A stretch of 63,260 nt of DNA, filler included, from Welwitschia mirabilis (Eukaryota), in assembly GCA_051453625.1 (NCBI GenBank). It is 5 parts of one record of this genome, joined end to end, with 100 filler letters (N's around TTAATTAATTAA, not from the genome) between each part and the next. Parts side by side here need not be neighbours in the genome. Positions count along the whole stretch, not along the records: positions 13,629 to 28,120 come from JBOZIK010000001.1; 4 more parts are not named here. One strand, written 5' to 3'. The notes under the pieces are model-generated. The model searched no databases. It saw nothing but the letters and a program-made list of their open reading frames with translations, and was not told the origin of the DNA. Both the position numbers and the translations under genes were made by a program. The number at the start of each line of letters is the position of its first letter. Positions within the stretch are counted from its first letter, which is position 1. Positions 13,629-26,400 of this stretch are shown in pieces.

Positions 13629-15589
13629 GGAATACACAGCTAAATTATCCTCAAGATGCAAGACTGGGTTCTCATATAGGAAAAAATATTATTAAATATT
13701 TTAAATAGGGCTTGTAGTTACAAGTGGCCAAGTACACACACAAAGGCTTTGACTAATGTCAATTTGTTAAATCAGAGTACTTAACTTAGACAAGTATTGA
13801 ATGATTTGAGGGTGTCAAGATTCGAAAATGTAATGAACTCAAACTCTAATATGCAAGTCAGTATTGAGAAAGTAGGTAGAGTTGAAGATACAATAGTCAA
13901 GTTCTAAATCCATTGATGTAGGTAACCCTGTTATTAGATTTACCATTACCATGAAATGTGAAGATCCCAATTCAACTTTGGGAGTATCATCTAACAACAT
14001 ACAACCATGAAATTTCTACCCAGAAGCATGGTCTTGTTGCCTATACATGTGTTTTGAAACTACAGTGGAACAAGAGAAGTATCTTGCCTATGGTCATTTG
14101 GCTATAGAATATTAAAATGAAGTTAAGATAAGGTATGTAAAAAAAGATGGATATGGAGGTACGATAGTAGATTAAACATCAAGAGATGATTCTGTTTATA
14201 GACAAAAGTAAAGAAGTGACAATGGACCTACTATGGACATAGCTCAAGAAAAGTGTTTCAAATCCAGCATTGGTTCCTATCTAGAAAACTATGCTAATAA
14301 TGGTTTTTGGACAAATATTCCAGTAACGGCCATGGCTCTAATAAAGTGGGCAAGGTTACTTTCAAGATTCATGTTAAGATGTTTTAAAAGATAATGAGAA
14401 GAATAGAAAGAACATATAAAATGATTCTTAGCTACTATGATTACAAGTGATGCCTCCAGTAAGATTTCATTGGGTGTGAATACTCCACATGAGGACACTT
14501 ACAACAATCAAGGAGGCGATTCATCCCATCACACATTTAAGTCCCAGCAAATGGTGTCTACTATAGGAGTTGACCATACTCATAATGTATTAGAGACTTC
14601 TACTTTACCTCTTTCTAAAGAGAATACTAAGATGGAGAACTTAAAATGTTTCTGAAACAAGTATCTTAAAGACTATTCATGCCAGAAGCACCTATCTTCA
14701 AATGTATTACAGCATTATAACTAGAAAATAAATGCCTTTTGGAAGGAGGAAGGGTCTTAAAACTAGACAAAACAAGCAAGAGGCTGAGTGCTAAGGCATA
14801 ACTCACTCAGTTACGAAGGAAAATTGCTAAAAGCAAATGAATGAGCATCTTGCATTAGAAAGCCCTATCATAGATCTTACTGATACCTTTGCTTTTATGC
14901 ATTAAAACTTGTTAAACATGTATTTGTTACGAGAAAGCTTTTTAAGAAAACTCCCTTACCAGCTAATGTAAGTTTATGCATTGAGTATGTTCGTTGGAAA
15001 AGTTAAGACCAGTATGTTCATTGGGGCATTGAAGCAGCAGTGGGAAAGATAGTTTGTTTAGTCAGTAAGTGAACATAAGAACAATTCTACTTAAGATGCT
15101 TTAGTATACTCTCAATTCTACCCATTTCCAGGTATCCAGAATTATACTTCTGAATCCGAGATCATTGTTTTTAGCATGATCTAAATACTTATTATTTGTT
15201 TGAAAAAATGCAGTATCCAAAGAATCTTCTTCCTTTACTAAAATAGGGGATGCTAAAGTTTTAGCTCTTTCTCAGTAATCTCAAAAAAAAAAAAAAACCT
15301 AAAATAGTAGATATTCTTATTAAATGTGTTAAATTTTTAAAACATAAAAGTCAAAATTGTTGTTATCTATTAATTGTGTTAAATTTTAATCTTTCATCTA
15401 AATCTTGAACAATAAAGTACAGTTGTCCTACAATGATTGAAATGATCGAAAAATATAATCTAAGGCTCTTGAAAATTATTTTATAATTANNNNNNNNNNN
15501 NNNNNNNNNNNNNNNNNNNNNNNNNNNNNNNNNNNNNNNNNNNNNNNNNNNNNNNNNNNNNNNNNNNNNNNNNNNNNNNNNNNNNNNNN

Positions 15590-18500
15590 GAAAATGAAAG
15601 TCTTTCAAATGGATGTAAAGAGTGCTTTTCTGAATGGACACATTGAAGAAGAAGTTTACGTAAAGCAACCTCAAGGCTTCTCTGATCCTCATAAACTTGA
15701 TTATGTGTGTAAAATTAACAAAGCCTTATATAGATTAAAACAAGCTCTTAGAGCTTGGTATGAAAAGCTTTCCTTCTTATTACTCTAGCATGGTTTTTCT
15801 AGAGGCTCCATTGATAGAACTTTATTTAGAAAAGTTTTAAATGATGATTTAATTTTGGTTCAAATTTTTATGAATGATATTATTTTTGAGGAAAAAAATG
15901 TAAAATTGTCAAATTATTTTGCAAGTCTAATGAGTTCTAAGTTTGAAATAAGCATGGTTGGACTAATTAACATGTTTTTAGCTCTATAAATTCAACAACA
16001 TGAAGATGGTATTTTTATAAGTTAAAATAAATACTTCTCAGATTTAATCAAAAAATTCAAAATTGAGAATGCAAAATGTATGAACTTTCCAATGGCCATA
16101 AATATTAAAATTTCTCTTGATGAATATGGTAAGGATGTGGATCAAAAAATATATTATAGTATTATTGAAAGTTTGTTTTATCTAATAGCTAGTTATCCTG
16201 ACATAGCTTTTAGTATTGATTTGTGTGCTAGGTATCAAAGAAAACTAAAAGAATCACATCTTATTACTACAAAGAAGATACTTTACTATGTTAAAGGTAC
16301 TCTTTATTTTGGTTTATGGTTTTCAAATAATACTTTCTTAAGCTTAATAGTTTATAATGATGTAGATTGGACTAGATGTAAAGATAATCACAAGATCATA
16401 AGTGGTGAATGTTTCTTGTTTGGAAATTATCTCACCACTTGGTATAGTAAAAAATAATGCTCCATCCCTCTACATTCGAAGCTGAGTATATAGCTGTTGA
16501 ATCTTGTTACACTTAGACTTTGTGGATGAAAGAAACCTTAAAGGATTATGACCTAAACATCACAGAAATGCCCATTTTATGTGATAACTCAAGTTTTATT
16601 CAAATTTCTCATGACCCAATTCAACATACTCATGCTAAGAACATCGATATTAGGTACCATCTTATTTAAGAATTAGTAAAAAAAAAAAAAAAAATCACCT
16701 TAGAATATATTTGTACTAAATATGAATTAGCAGATATATTTACAAAACCTTTATTATCTGATTGATTTACTACACTTCATTATTTTTTGGGTATTAAGTC
16801 TGAAATAGACTCAAAAAATCCAGTTTTATCTGAACATTAGAGTTTAGTTGAGGGGTTTAAACCTTCTATTATGATATAAGTTTAAAGCCCGATGGACCTC
16901 CTTCATAAAGTGGGATGACCGCTTGTCTTTTGGTTTCTTACTGCTAAACTTTTCCTTCATTTTGACTAATTATATCATTGGGTCAACCAGTTTAGTCCTA
17001 GTTTTCCTATAAAAACTTCAAGTCACTAGGTCTACCACTAAATATTATTAAGTCAATCTCTTTTAGATCCGATTCTAGTTATATTAGGTCGATTGAAACT
17101 TTTATTTAGGTTGATCGACTTTGACTTGGTTTGCTTTATCAAAACTCCATCTTGCAGGGTCAACCACCTAATTATCTATGGTTAACCACTATCTTACTAT
17201 TCCAGTTTTAAAATCTTTACATGGGTCGATAGACCTTGATGTTCGGTCACCCATGTTTAAGGTAGTGCACCATGAATTTTTAAAATACACCTACCATTTT
17301 TCCACAACTTACTTTCTTGTCTCTTCTTTATCATTTTCTCACCTCCTGTGAAACCTCTCTTCATTTTTTCTTTTACTTTTCTCTTAGACCTAATGTTAAA
17401 ATGGCTTCTCCATAGTTAGGAAATACTTCTAAGAAGAGAAGAAAGAATACTTTTGTCAAACCATCAAGTTATGTCTTCTCCAGAATGAGTAGTAAGCAAC
17501 TCATATATTTCGAGAAGCATTTTGAGACTAGTCCCATTGCTTTACAAAGAACCTATGAGCTTGTGCAATTTCTTAGCTTGAGGAAAGCCCAAACTTTGAA
17601 GATGAAGTCAACGAGGGATATTTTCTCTATGTCTTAGGCACATGCTATCTTCTTGTCGCTAGGTTATTTTACTCAAATGTTAAATTTAATGCTGCTCATT
17701 CTACTTTCATTACTTCAGCTTTTTTTTATGAGATGTACATTACTGCTGACCTATAGCTTCCCTCATTAGGTTACCTCAAGGAAACTAGGGAGAATATTGG
17801 TCCATGATTGAGTCCTTTGAAGAAAAGAAAATTCCCATGCAACATGTGTATGACACTTATGTTAACTAGAAGAAGAATCTTAAAGCTTCCCAGCTTCTTT
17901 CAAGGTTTTATCTTTTGCACCTTATTATGTCTTATAATTTCTTACTAGTTTTTGGGTACAGAGATGAGCTCTCCAACTACAAGATCTTTCTTCTTTACTT
18001 GCTAAATAGAAGATGAGATATTGATGCTCTTAGTATCATGCTCAAGCACATGGCCAATCATCTTCAGCTTCATAAAAGACATGCTTTGCCCTATCCCTTT
18101 CTTATCACTTGGATTTGTCATCACTTTGACATTTCATATCTTGCTCGGCAGGAGATTTAGAAGCCCATGAGGCCTATTGATCATGCCACTCTATCTAGGA
18201 TGTACATTTTTAAAGAACTAGCTACTCCATCTAGGCCTAAGGTTAAGGCCTCACAAACTCTAGAGATTCTTCATCTCCTATATCATATTAACTCATTAAC
18301 ACATCACATCAAAGAAGCAACTCATCATAATTGTACTCCAATGGCTAACACCTCTCAAAATGAGGGTGCACAGTCTTTGGAGCCTTTGAGTCTGATTGAG
18401 TTATTATGCCTTTTCCTTGTTTTCTCATTTTTCTTATCCTTCCTATTCTTGATTTTGTCAAAAAGGGGGAGAACAAATTGTACTTGTATTATTACTATTA

Positions 18501-19931
18501 AGCATTAATGAAAAATTTACTTCTCATGTTGTAATCTAAACTTTTTGATTAATATAAATAGTCCTTTATCTTTATGAAAATATCTTTGATCTTTAATTTT
18601 CATTCATGTAAAGCTCATATAAATTTGATCAATTACGAAGTTAATTGATTTAGAAGAAGATCCATATGCCTAATTATTATTTTTCTTCAATCAATAACAA
18701 AGGGGAAGTTTATTGAGAATGTAGTATTATTGATTAATTTAATAAGTTTTTATAGTTAGTCAATTATGCATATATTTTTTAACACTAGGTGACTAATTCA
18801 CATCTCAGGTAATTAGCCTGTTAATAACTATAAAACTACTTGAGCTTTGAGTGAATGATCCTATTCTACTAGGTGACTAAACTGATACATCAAGAAGAAG
18901 ACCGGTTCTAGCATAAGTAAAGATGAAAGTCTCCTCAAGAAACCTAGTTAATACTTCTACAAAAGATTAGAGCAAATGCAGGAAACCCGAAAAAAAAGTC
19001 AAGGGTAACCATGTTACAATCTACCGAGTTCAGTCTCATAATAGTACAAGTAACCGACCAGTTATAAACAAGCAATCGTATGACAATTTTTGAAAGCTCA
19101 ATCTCATAACAGTAAGGGCAACCAAATAGGTAGATATGGATGATTGCATACTACCTAGAATATACCTTTACAAGGTAGATTGATTCATCAAAGTAAGGGT
19201 GATCGACAGAAGGTCGATCACATATTTATATAAGGGTAACCCAAAGTTCATCTATTTCATACTGAGAAATCTGCGATAAACAAGGGCCACCGAAGCAAAG
19301 AAAAAAGGGCAACTGGATATTAGGACAATCGAGTTAGTTTCTAGTTCAACTATACGTATTGCAAATGTAACTATTATGTTTCTAATGGTTCATCAAAAAT
19401 CATAAAATGTTATAATGATTCACTTTCCTTCTCTTAAATGGTTATCTTATGTATTTTCTCTATTTAAGCTTTCTTCTAATCAAAAGGAAGACACCTCTTT
19501 TTGTCACAACAACGTATAAGAGAACAAAATTGCCACACCATTTTATCATTGTATTTGAATAAGCTGTAAGTTCAAATTTCTGCTTAAGGTTCTCATTGCA
19601 TCATACATTGTGAAGAAATTGCTATACCATTAAAATCATATCTCTGCATTAGTGCATCCATTCTACTTTATTTCTTTTGTGGTTAAGGATCAATCCTAAA
19701 ATCCTCTGATGTTGGAATTGGTTTTTAGTAAGCCTAAAAACCAATCTTGGAAGTTAATATATGCCATCCAGGGATAGGAGGTCTAAGGGCTAAAGGGTGG
19801 TGTCTATTCATCATTAAAATATCTTACACTTGTGTTTGTCCATTTGTTTGTTTTACTTGTAGGTCTTGAAGAGGATGAAGATTGGTACTAAGGCCTATTC
19901 ACCCCCCTTTAGGGTTGATCTGTAATTATCA
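15590..19931 (+). mobile_element. Sirevirus 3' half: RT, RNase H, env-like ORF, PPTs, 3' LTR (18711-19931)
   Basis: [27 protein letters not shown] at 15594; RNase H to ~16800. PPT-like AAAAGGGGGAGA (~18461) and AAAGGGGAAG (~18699). LTR end (CCTATTCACCCCCCTTTAGGG...TATCA) resembles the 12030-12610 LTR end. Confidence 0.9.
17401..18300 (+). pseudogene. Sirevirus env-like extra ORF, decayed
   Basis: Lies between pol and 3' LTR. Fragments LVARLFYSNVKF, LHLIMSYNFL, IMLKHMANHLQLHKRHALPYPFLITWICHHFDI match the usual FY.N and LPY..LIT motifs of this ORF. Confidence 0.7.
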
Positions 19932-21189
19932 GAGTTATTTGATTTCTTTTCTTTAGAAGATCTCTTTAATCACACTAAATAAGGATAAGTTTTTAGATTT
20001 AATTTTTATGTTAGAGATGGAAGGAGAACCTCATTTTAAATCCATTCATATCAAGAATTACATTGGCTACCTCTATTTGGAAAATGCCATTGTTAAAGGA
20101 TCCTCCAAAGAAATCTTAAATATCAATGGAGGTATCTAAGACTGCTATAGAAGTCAAACATTTAAATGTGAATAGGGAAGAAATTTGCTAGTGGAACACC
20201 TATTATTAAGGTTCCAATTAAGAAAGAACAAATTAATGGAGTTGGATTATATGGTTAGGTAATGTTGTAAAATCCTTGGTTGTTGCAACCATCTAAAAGA
20301 GAAGTTACAAACTATCATCTTTAATTAAAATAGGCTTTATTTATAGAAATACCATAAAGTGGCTTAGTAGGTGAGTAAGCAGTAGAAAGCTGAGGCATTA
20401 GATTTACTGTATTTTAAGAGGTGAATGATGGGAAGAAGAGTATAATGAAAGAAGAGGTAAACAAATTTTTAAATCAAGTGGGAAGAGGAGGAGTTGGGTG
20501 AGATTATCATGGGCATCGTCCAAATGGGAAGTAGGTTGTAGTTAAATTCTTTTTAGAAAGTTTTAAGTAAGTTTTCTTTCTAAACTTTTTATTTGCCTCT
20601 TAGAAGAATTGTAGTAGAAATTTGATATGTTTTATCTAATGATTACTATTAAAAACTTACATTTGTTATGTAAAATCATTAATGGTATATTTAGAAGCAT
20701 TATTATCTTTAATTTACTTTGATATTTAGTTTTTCTCAATCATTAATTTAATAAAATAATTTAAGTTATTCTTAAAATTTGTAAGCTATAGTATTTTTTT
20801 TTTTGGGTTGATTAATATAGCATAAGTTCTTAAAATATTTAATGTTTATGGCCAGATTCTAAGGCTTATAAGTTTACCTCCTAGAAAATACCTTCTAAAA
20901 ACTAGTTCTATCATGCTTAGCATAAATGCAATGAAGAAAATAATTAGAGAAAAACTCAATCCTGAAGCTTCAACATGTAATGGTTCTATATACACAATCC
21001 CATCATAAGTAGTGAGAGAAACAAGGTTTTAATTGCATGAAAACATGTTTACATTACAAAGACCATTGTATGATGCTCTTTGCTATTTTCATCTAACCAA
21101 TAAACAACTGCTAAAATATAACACTACCAATTGGCTTTTAAACTAACTAGAAAAATTGATCGTGTGTGGTAAATTTTAGTCCCCTATTA

Positions 21190-21545
21190 AGCCTTTTGAG
21201 GCCTTTATTTAGTAAAATGCCTCAAAACGGCTTTTGAGGTGTTTATCTATTAAAAGTATTTTGAGGCATTTATCTATTAAAACGCCTCAAAAGCATTTTT
21301 CAAGGCGTCTATCCCTAAAACATGCCTCAAAATGCTTTTGAAGCGTTTCATGAAAAAACACCTTAAAAGACCTATTAAAGTGTTTTTATTAAAATGCCTT
21401 AGAAATACCTTAAAAGCACGTAGGTTTTTAAGGTGATGCTTTTTAAGGTGTTTTGTGAAGAAATGCCTTAAAAGCTTTTAAGGCATTTTTTAAAGCCTTT
21501 TAAGGCATTCTAGAAACACCTTAAAAGCCTATATTTCTTGTCGTG
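21190..21545. mobile_element. CACTA (En/Spm) element terminus with subterminal repeat array
   Basis: Many direct and inverted copies of AAA(A)CGCCT(C/T)AAAA / TTTT(G/A)AGGC(G/A)TTT ending in TTTCTTGTCGTG at 21534-21545, one mismatch from the reverse complement of CACTACAAGAAA. CACTAC at 21122 is a possible left end but no TSD is seen. Confidence 0.7.
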
Positions 21546-22298
21546 AGTTAGTATCATCCAAACGATCAACAGAATAACATCTATTATAACACTCCATTGA
21601 ATATTCACCTAACTTTTACCATTTGTCTATATGTCTCTTACGCAGTTATTAGAATTATGACTACACCTGTTTGTCTGTTTTGCTGTTTGTGTGTCTGTTG
21701 TCAATAAGTATCAATTCCGCCTTTAACTCCATCTTCTCTTCACTTGCACCAGAAATTCTCATGATAGAAGATTGAAGTGTCAAAGATCCATCCTTAGTAG
21801 TTGCAAAGAGACATCTTCCTTAGTGTTGAGCTGTGCTTCCTCCATTGAGGTATGGCTACTTTGCAACATGGATGTGGTTCGAGATTAATACAAAGAATTC
21901 TTTTTCATTTTTTATGCTTGTTGTTACTTATTCCTTATAGTTTATGTTTCTTCTAATTTAGTGATAGTTTCTTAAGTGATACAAGTTATGAGAGAAACCT
22001 TTGTTAAGGTTGAGCATTATTAGTTTAGGTGCATTACTCCTTTTCTTTCCTAGATTAACTTTGCATAAGTACGTCGCATTGTGATTTTCTGCATTACAAT
22101 TATTTCTGTTGCTAGAATACATAAGTGTTTCTTATTGAAATCAATTCTCTTTCTTTTAGCATTGGCCTTCGACGGATTACAACATTTGGGTCCACTCCCA
22201 TCTATATTAGTGTGTTGTGTTGTGTAAAATATCTATTTTACTTGTGAATGATAGGATCTTCTTGAGCATAATCATTTGCACAAATATGCACCGCAACA
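21546..22298 (+). repeat. Athila-family LTR fragment (3' part), no PBS after it
   Basis: 22135-22220 is reverse-complement similar to 1-90; 21810-21865 is similar to the reverse complement of 520-580. Ends CACCGCAACA (cf. CACTGCAACA at 11621 on minus). Confidence 0.75.
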
Positions 22299-23464
22299 CT
22301 GAGGAAATTCAAGTGTGGAGTAAACATTATTACGATTACTCTTTATTTAGTCTTATTCGATAAATACAACATATAAATGCATGCAAACAATTCTAACTAA
22401 TGTGGATATTTAACAAATTATTTACCTAGTTATAATAATTCTAATAATCATTTGGTACATTTTATAGAAACAACCATAAAAAAAAGCAACTATACAAGAA
22501 CTTTTTTTTTTAAGATTATAATAATAAAAATCTAGATAAAAGAATTATTCCTTTCTTTTTTATCTAAATATAGGAAACATTCTTTTCTTTTTCTTTTAAT
22601 AGTAATAAAAATATAAAATAATGTACTTACAAAAACTAAAACATCCCTAGAACTATGTCAACCCTAGAAACATTCTTCCATGTTCATATAACAATCTACA
22701 TGGATTAGTTAAAAGAAGGCAAAAAAAAAAAAGTAAAGCTTAAGTATAATTATTAAGATATAAGTATTTGTCCAAGGTTTTATATGGATATATTATAAGT
22801 CAATAAAAATAAGTGATAAGCTAGAGGCTACTTATGTTAGTTAAACTACTAAGGTGAAAACTCTTACAAGCATACACATTCAAAGTAAGCTAAACAAAAA
22901 GGATAAAAGACGTATTTTTACAAATAAATATCACTTATGGGTAATTTAATTTAAGTCTATTGATATAAAAATATTTATATACTTAATTTCCTTATAGAAT
23001 TTTGTGTAATAATTTTTATATGATTTTCAATATTAATTATAACATTTTGGGCTCCAAGGAGACATCATAGTTAAAAATTAATAATTAATTAATTAATTAA
23101 ATTATAGTAGTTTTTCAGAAACTAGACACATAATAGGCTCCTCAAAATCTAACTTAAATTATCTTAGAATTATAAAAATATTATTTCTAGCATTATCATT
23201 CAAAGCTAAAAACTGTCAAATTTTCTAAAATTATAGTCCTACTGCATTACATTAAAAATGATCATAACTTGAGCTAGAGTGAAGGAGGAAGTTAGGATTA
23301 GGGAAGCACCAAGTCGACAGAGGTGGTTTCAATTCCATATAACCACAGTGAAAAAGGGACAGTATCAGCCACCAGATAATTAGGTAAATGGGTAAGACGT
23401 AATATTATTTCTTTCTTCAAAGTTAATTTGAAGCAATGTTTAAAGAAGGGCTTTTGCCCTTAAA

Positions 23465-26400
23465 ATGGAGAATACTCAATTCTCTAAAGAGGAGAAAACC
23501 CTAATTTTAGACATAGATGAAGATACATGCTCTAAAATAGAAAAGAAACTTCAATATAGTTTAATAGGTAAGTTTGTTTCATCTGGTCTAAGGCCTAGAC
23601 TCGATCTCATTAAAGAATGGGTAGCCACTAAATGGACATGGGTTAGTAAAGTTGAGGTAATAGCTATGCTAGAAGGATTAGTGCTCTTTCAACTTAATAA
23701 TGAATAGGATTGAGATGATATAATAGCATAAGAACCATGACTTTTTGGAGTGAGGGGTTAAGTCTAGCCAAATGGACACTGAGAGTGCAATTGGACCCAA
23801 ATCTGTTTAGAAAACTACTAATATAGATCCATATATACATGTTTACTTTAGAGTTCTAAAATGAATATCTACTAAGGAAAATTACTTCTCAATTTGAAGA
23901 ACTAAGAAAAATGGATATGATACCTATAAAACAAATGAGATTGGTTCTGATAAGATTTCGTGTTTGGATTAGCATAGAAGAAACAAAGGAGATTCAATCT
24001 ATGAAGTTCAAATCTAAATAGGGTACGTATGACCTCAAAGTTACTTATGAGAACCTACTAGTAGTGTGAGACCTATGGAAACTCTGAACACACCCCAAGA
24101 AGATGTGCAGTAATAAAAGAAAGATGTACTAATTGTAGGAGAAAAGGCCATAAAAAGAAATAATGCAGAAAGAGACTAATTGACATTAAAATAAAACATA
24201 AGGAAATATGCTCTTTTTATGGAAAGATAAGGCATAATCAAAATAACTGCTGGTATAAACAGAAGAAAGAGAAAACAGTCAAGAACATTATGGTCTACCC
24301 AAAGGGAAAAAAAAGAAAAAAGACAGGGAATACAATCCCCTTCAACACCTAGCGGAGAAAGAGCCTAAAGACATCCATCAATCTCAGAATCTAATAAATA
24401 CAGATAAGTTAAATGATGTTGAAGTTCAGATGAAAAAAAGACCCAGTAACAGAATACTCCAAAAGAGGGGATTTGCAGAAAATATGGTCAATAGCTTTCA
24501 AGCAACTATCAAACACACATTAAAAAAAGATTAAGGGGTGCCTAGAAAGGAGCAAAACAAACTTAATGGAGTATCTTACCTTGAATTACAAGGGACTAGA
24601 ATTTCCCTATAAGAAAAAGACCCTAAGAGATGTGAACAAAAAATTTAACATCAACTTAGTCTGTTTACAAGAAACAGAAATGCGAGATATCATGAAATTA
24701 AACAACTTTTAGTAGTAGTAGAACATTTTTACATCTGTAACATAAGGAAACTCAGCAAAAATTATAACCCTCATGAATAAGGAAGCAAAACTAGTTAATG
24801 GTAACAAAAATCACTTAACTATCTATCTGAAGGAAGAAGGATGAACTATTATAAATGTTTCCAACCCTTAAAATAGTCTAGACAAAGCCTCCATGCTGGA
24901 GGACCTTTAGAGGATAGTGATGGATAAGGCCAAATGATTAGTGGCGGGGGATGCCTTCACCATTAGCAGAAAACTGGGGGTGAAAACTGGAATAACAAAT
25001 GGGTAGCAATTCTCAAATATTTTATGGTGCAAAGATCCTCTTAGATGTACCACTTATAGGATGCAAATACACCTAGTCCAAAAAGAGAATGGGAGGCAAC
25101 TAGGTAATGTCCTGAATAGATCAAATCCTCACTAAAAAGGACATAGCTAAGTGACTAATTGAATCATGGGGTCTAAATAGAATGATTTCAAATCATTAGC
25201 CAATTAAATATAGAATAGGGGTAATAGCGCCTCTCAGAGCCTTATTTCAGATGGAAGGATATTACATTATGAAGGAAGAGACTAGAATGTTAATTAAGAA
25301 TATCTAAAATCAATATGATGGTCATCACCCTTTTACTTTTCTATACAGAGGCTTAAACACCCTTAAGTCACACATCAAGGATTGGAGAAGAAAAGACAAG
25401 AAGAGATTCAAATCAAAAAAGAAGATGGAGGAAGAGTTACAGAAAATTCAAGCTAAGCAAAAAGATGGAGGAGATTAGAACTGCCTTCACAATAGAGAAT
25501 ACAAATGCCTTATGGAACTTTAAGAAATAAATGAAAATGAGAAAAAATTATTGTAGGGAAAGATCTAGGATTAAGTAGCTCAAAGAGAAGAACAGACACA
25601 TCAAATTCTTCTTCTAGCAGGCTAACCAGCATAGAGAAAATAACAGAATAAAAAGGCTCACCATTAGGGAACAAGTTATTAAAAATAAATAGGAAATAGC
25701 CAAGGACATATAGACCCACCTCAAGAAAACATGGGAGTGGAAAGATATCACACCCAACCTTATTCTAGAGGATAAAAACATTACTGATGAGGATAATATT
25801 CATTTAACCATGCCTCTGGTTAGAGAAGAAGTTCAATCAGCTTTGAAATCAATGAAGAATAATAAAGCCTTAGGAAAATCCTACCTCAACCTGGAGCATA
25901 GGAGAAGGGGAGTCCTACCTTAGAAAACACCTTTGCAATGCTAGAAGAAACTTGATGGAACTAAACAATTGCAATAATGATACATCCAATGTGATACTCA
26001 TTAAGAAATACGAGAAAAGTGAGGCTTATAAAACTTTTTGGAAGGAGAAAATTCTAAATAAAATCAAGATCTTCTATTTACTGAAGGACCATAACCAAAT
26101 TCTCACAAAGGACTAACTATTTAAATGTGGCATTTAGATTAATACTAACTATTCAATATGTCAATCTTGTTAAGAAAATGCTCAACACATTTTTCATAAT
26201 GCAGATGGAGTGTTGAATTAATGAGAGTTATGACTAGTTATTATAACAGTTGCAACATGTATAAGACATGCAAAAAAAGATGGGATATGCCTAACATTAT
26301 GGAAAATTTGGTGTACCCATAATGAGGTGATATTTAATAATGCCCCTCTTCCATTCCCTATAAACACTGCTAGAAAGATTAAATTTTATTATTCATAAAT

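Noticed and set aside
12030-19931. One full-length Sirevirus spanning 12030-19931
   Set aside because: An artificial linker and unrelated sequence (13629-15490) lie between the parts, integrase is absent and the LTRs are only loosely similar.
21190-21530. CRISPR-like or satellite array
   Set aside because: Repeats occur in both orientations without unique spacers and end in a CACTA-type terminus; eukaryotic context.
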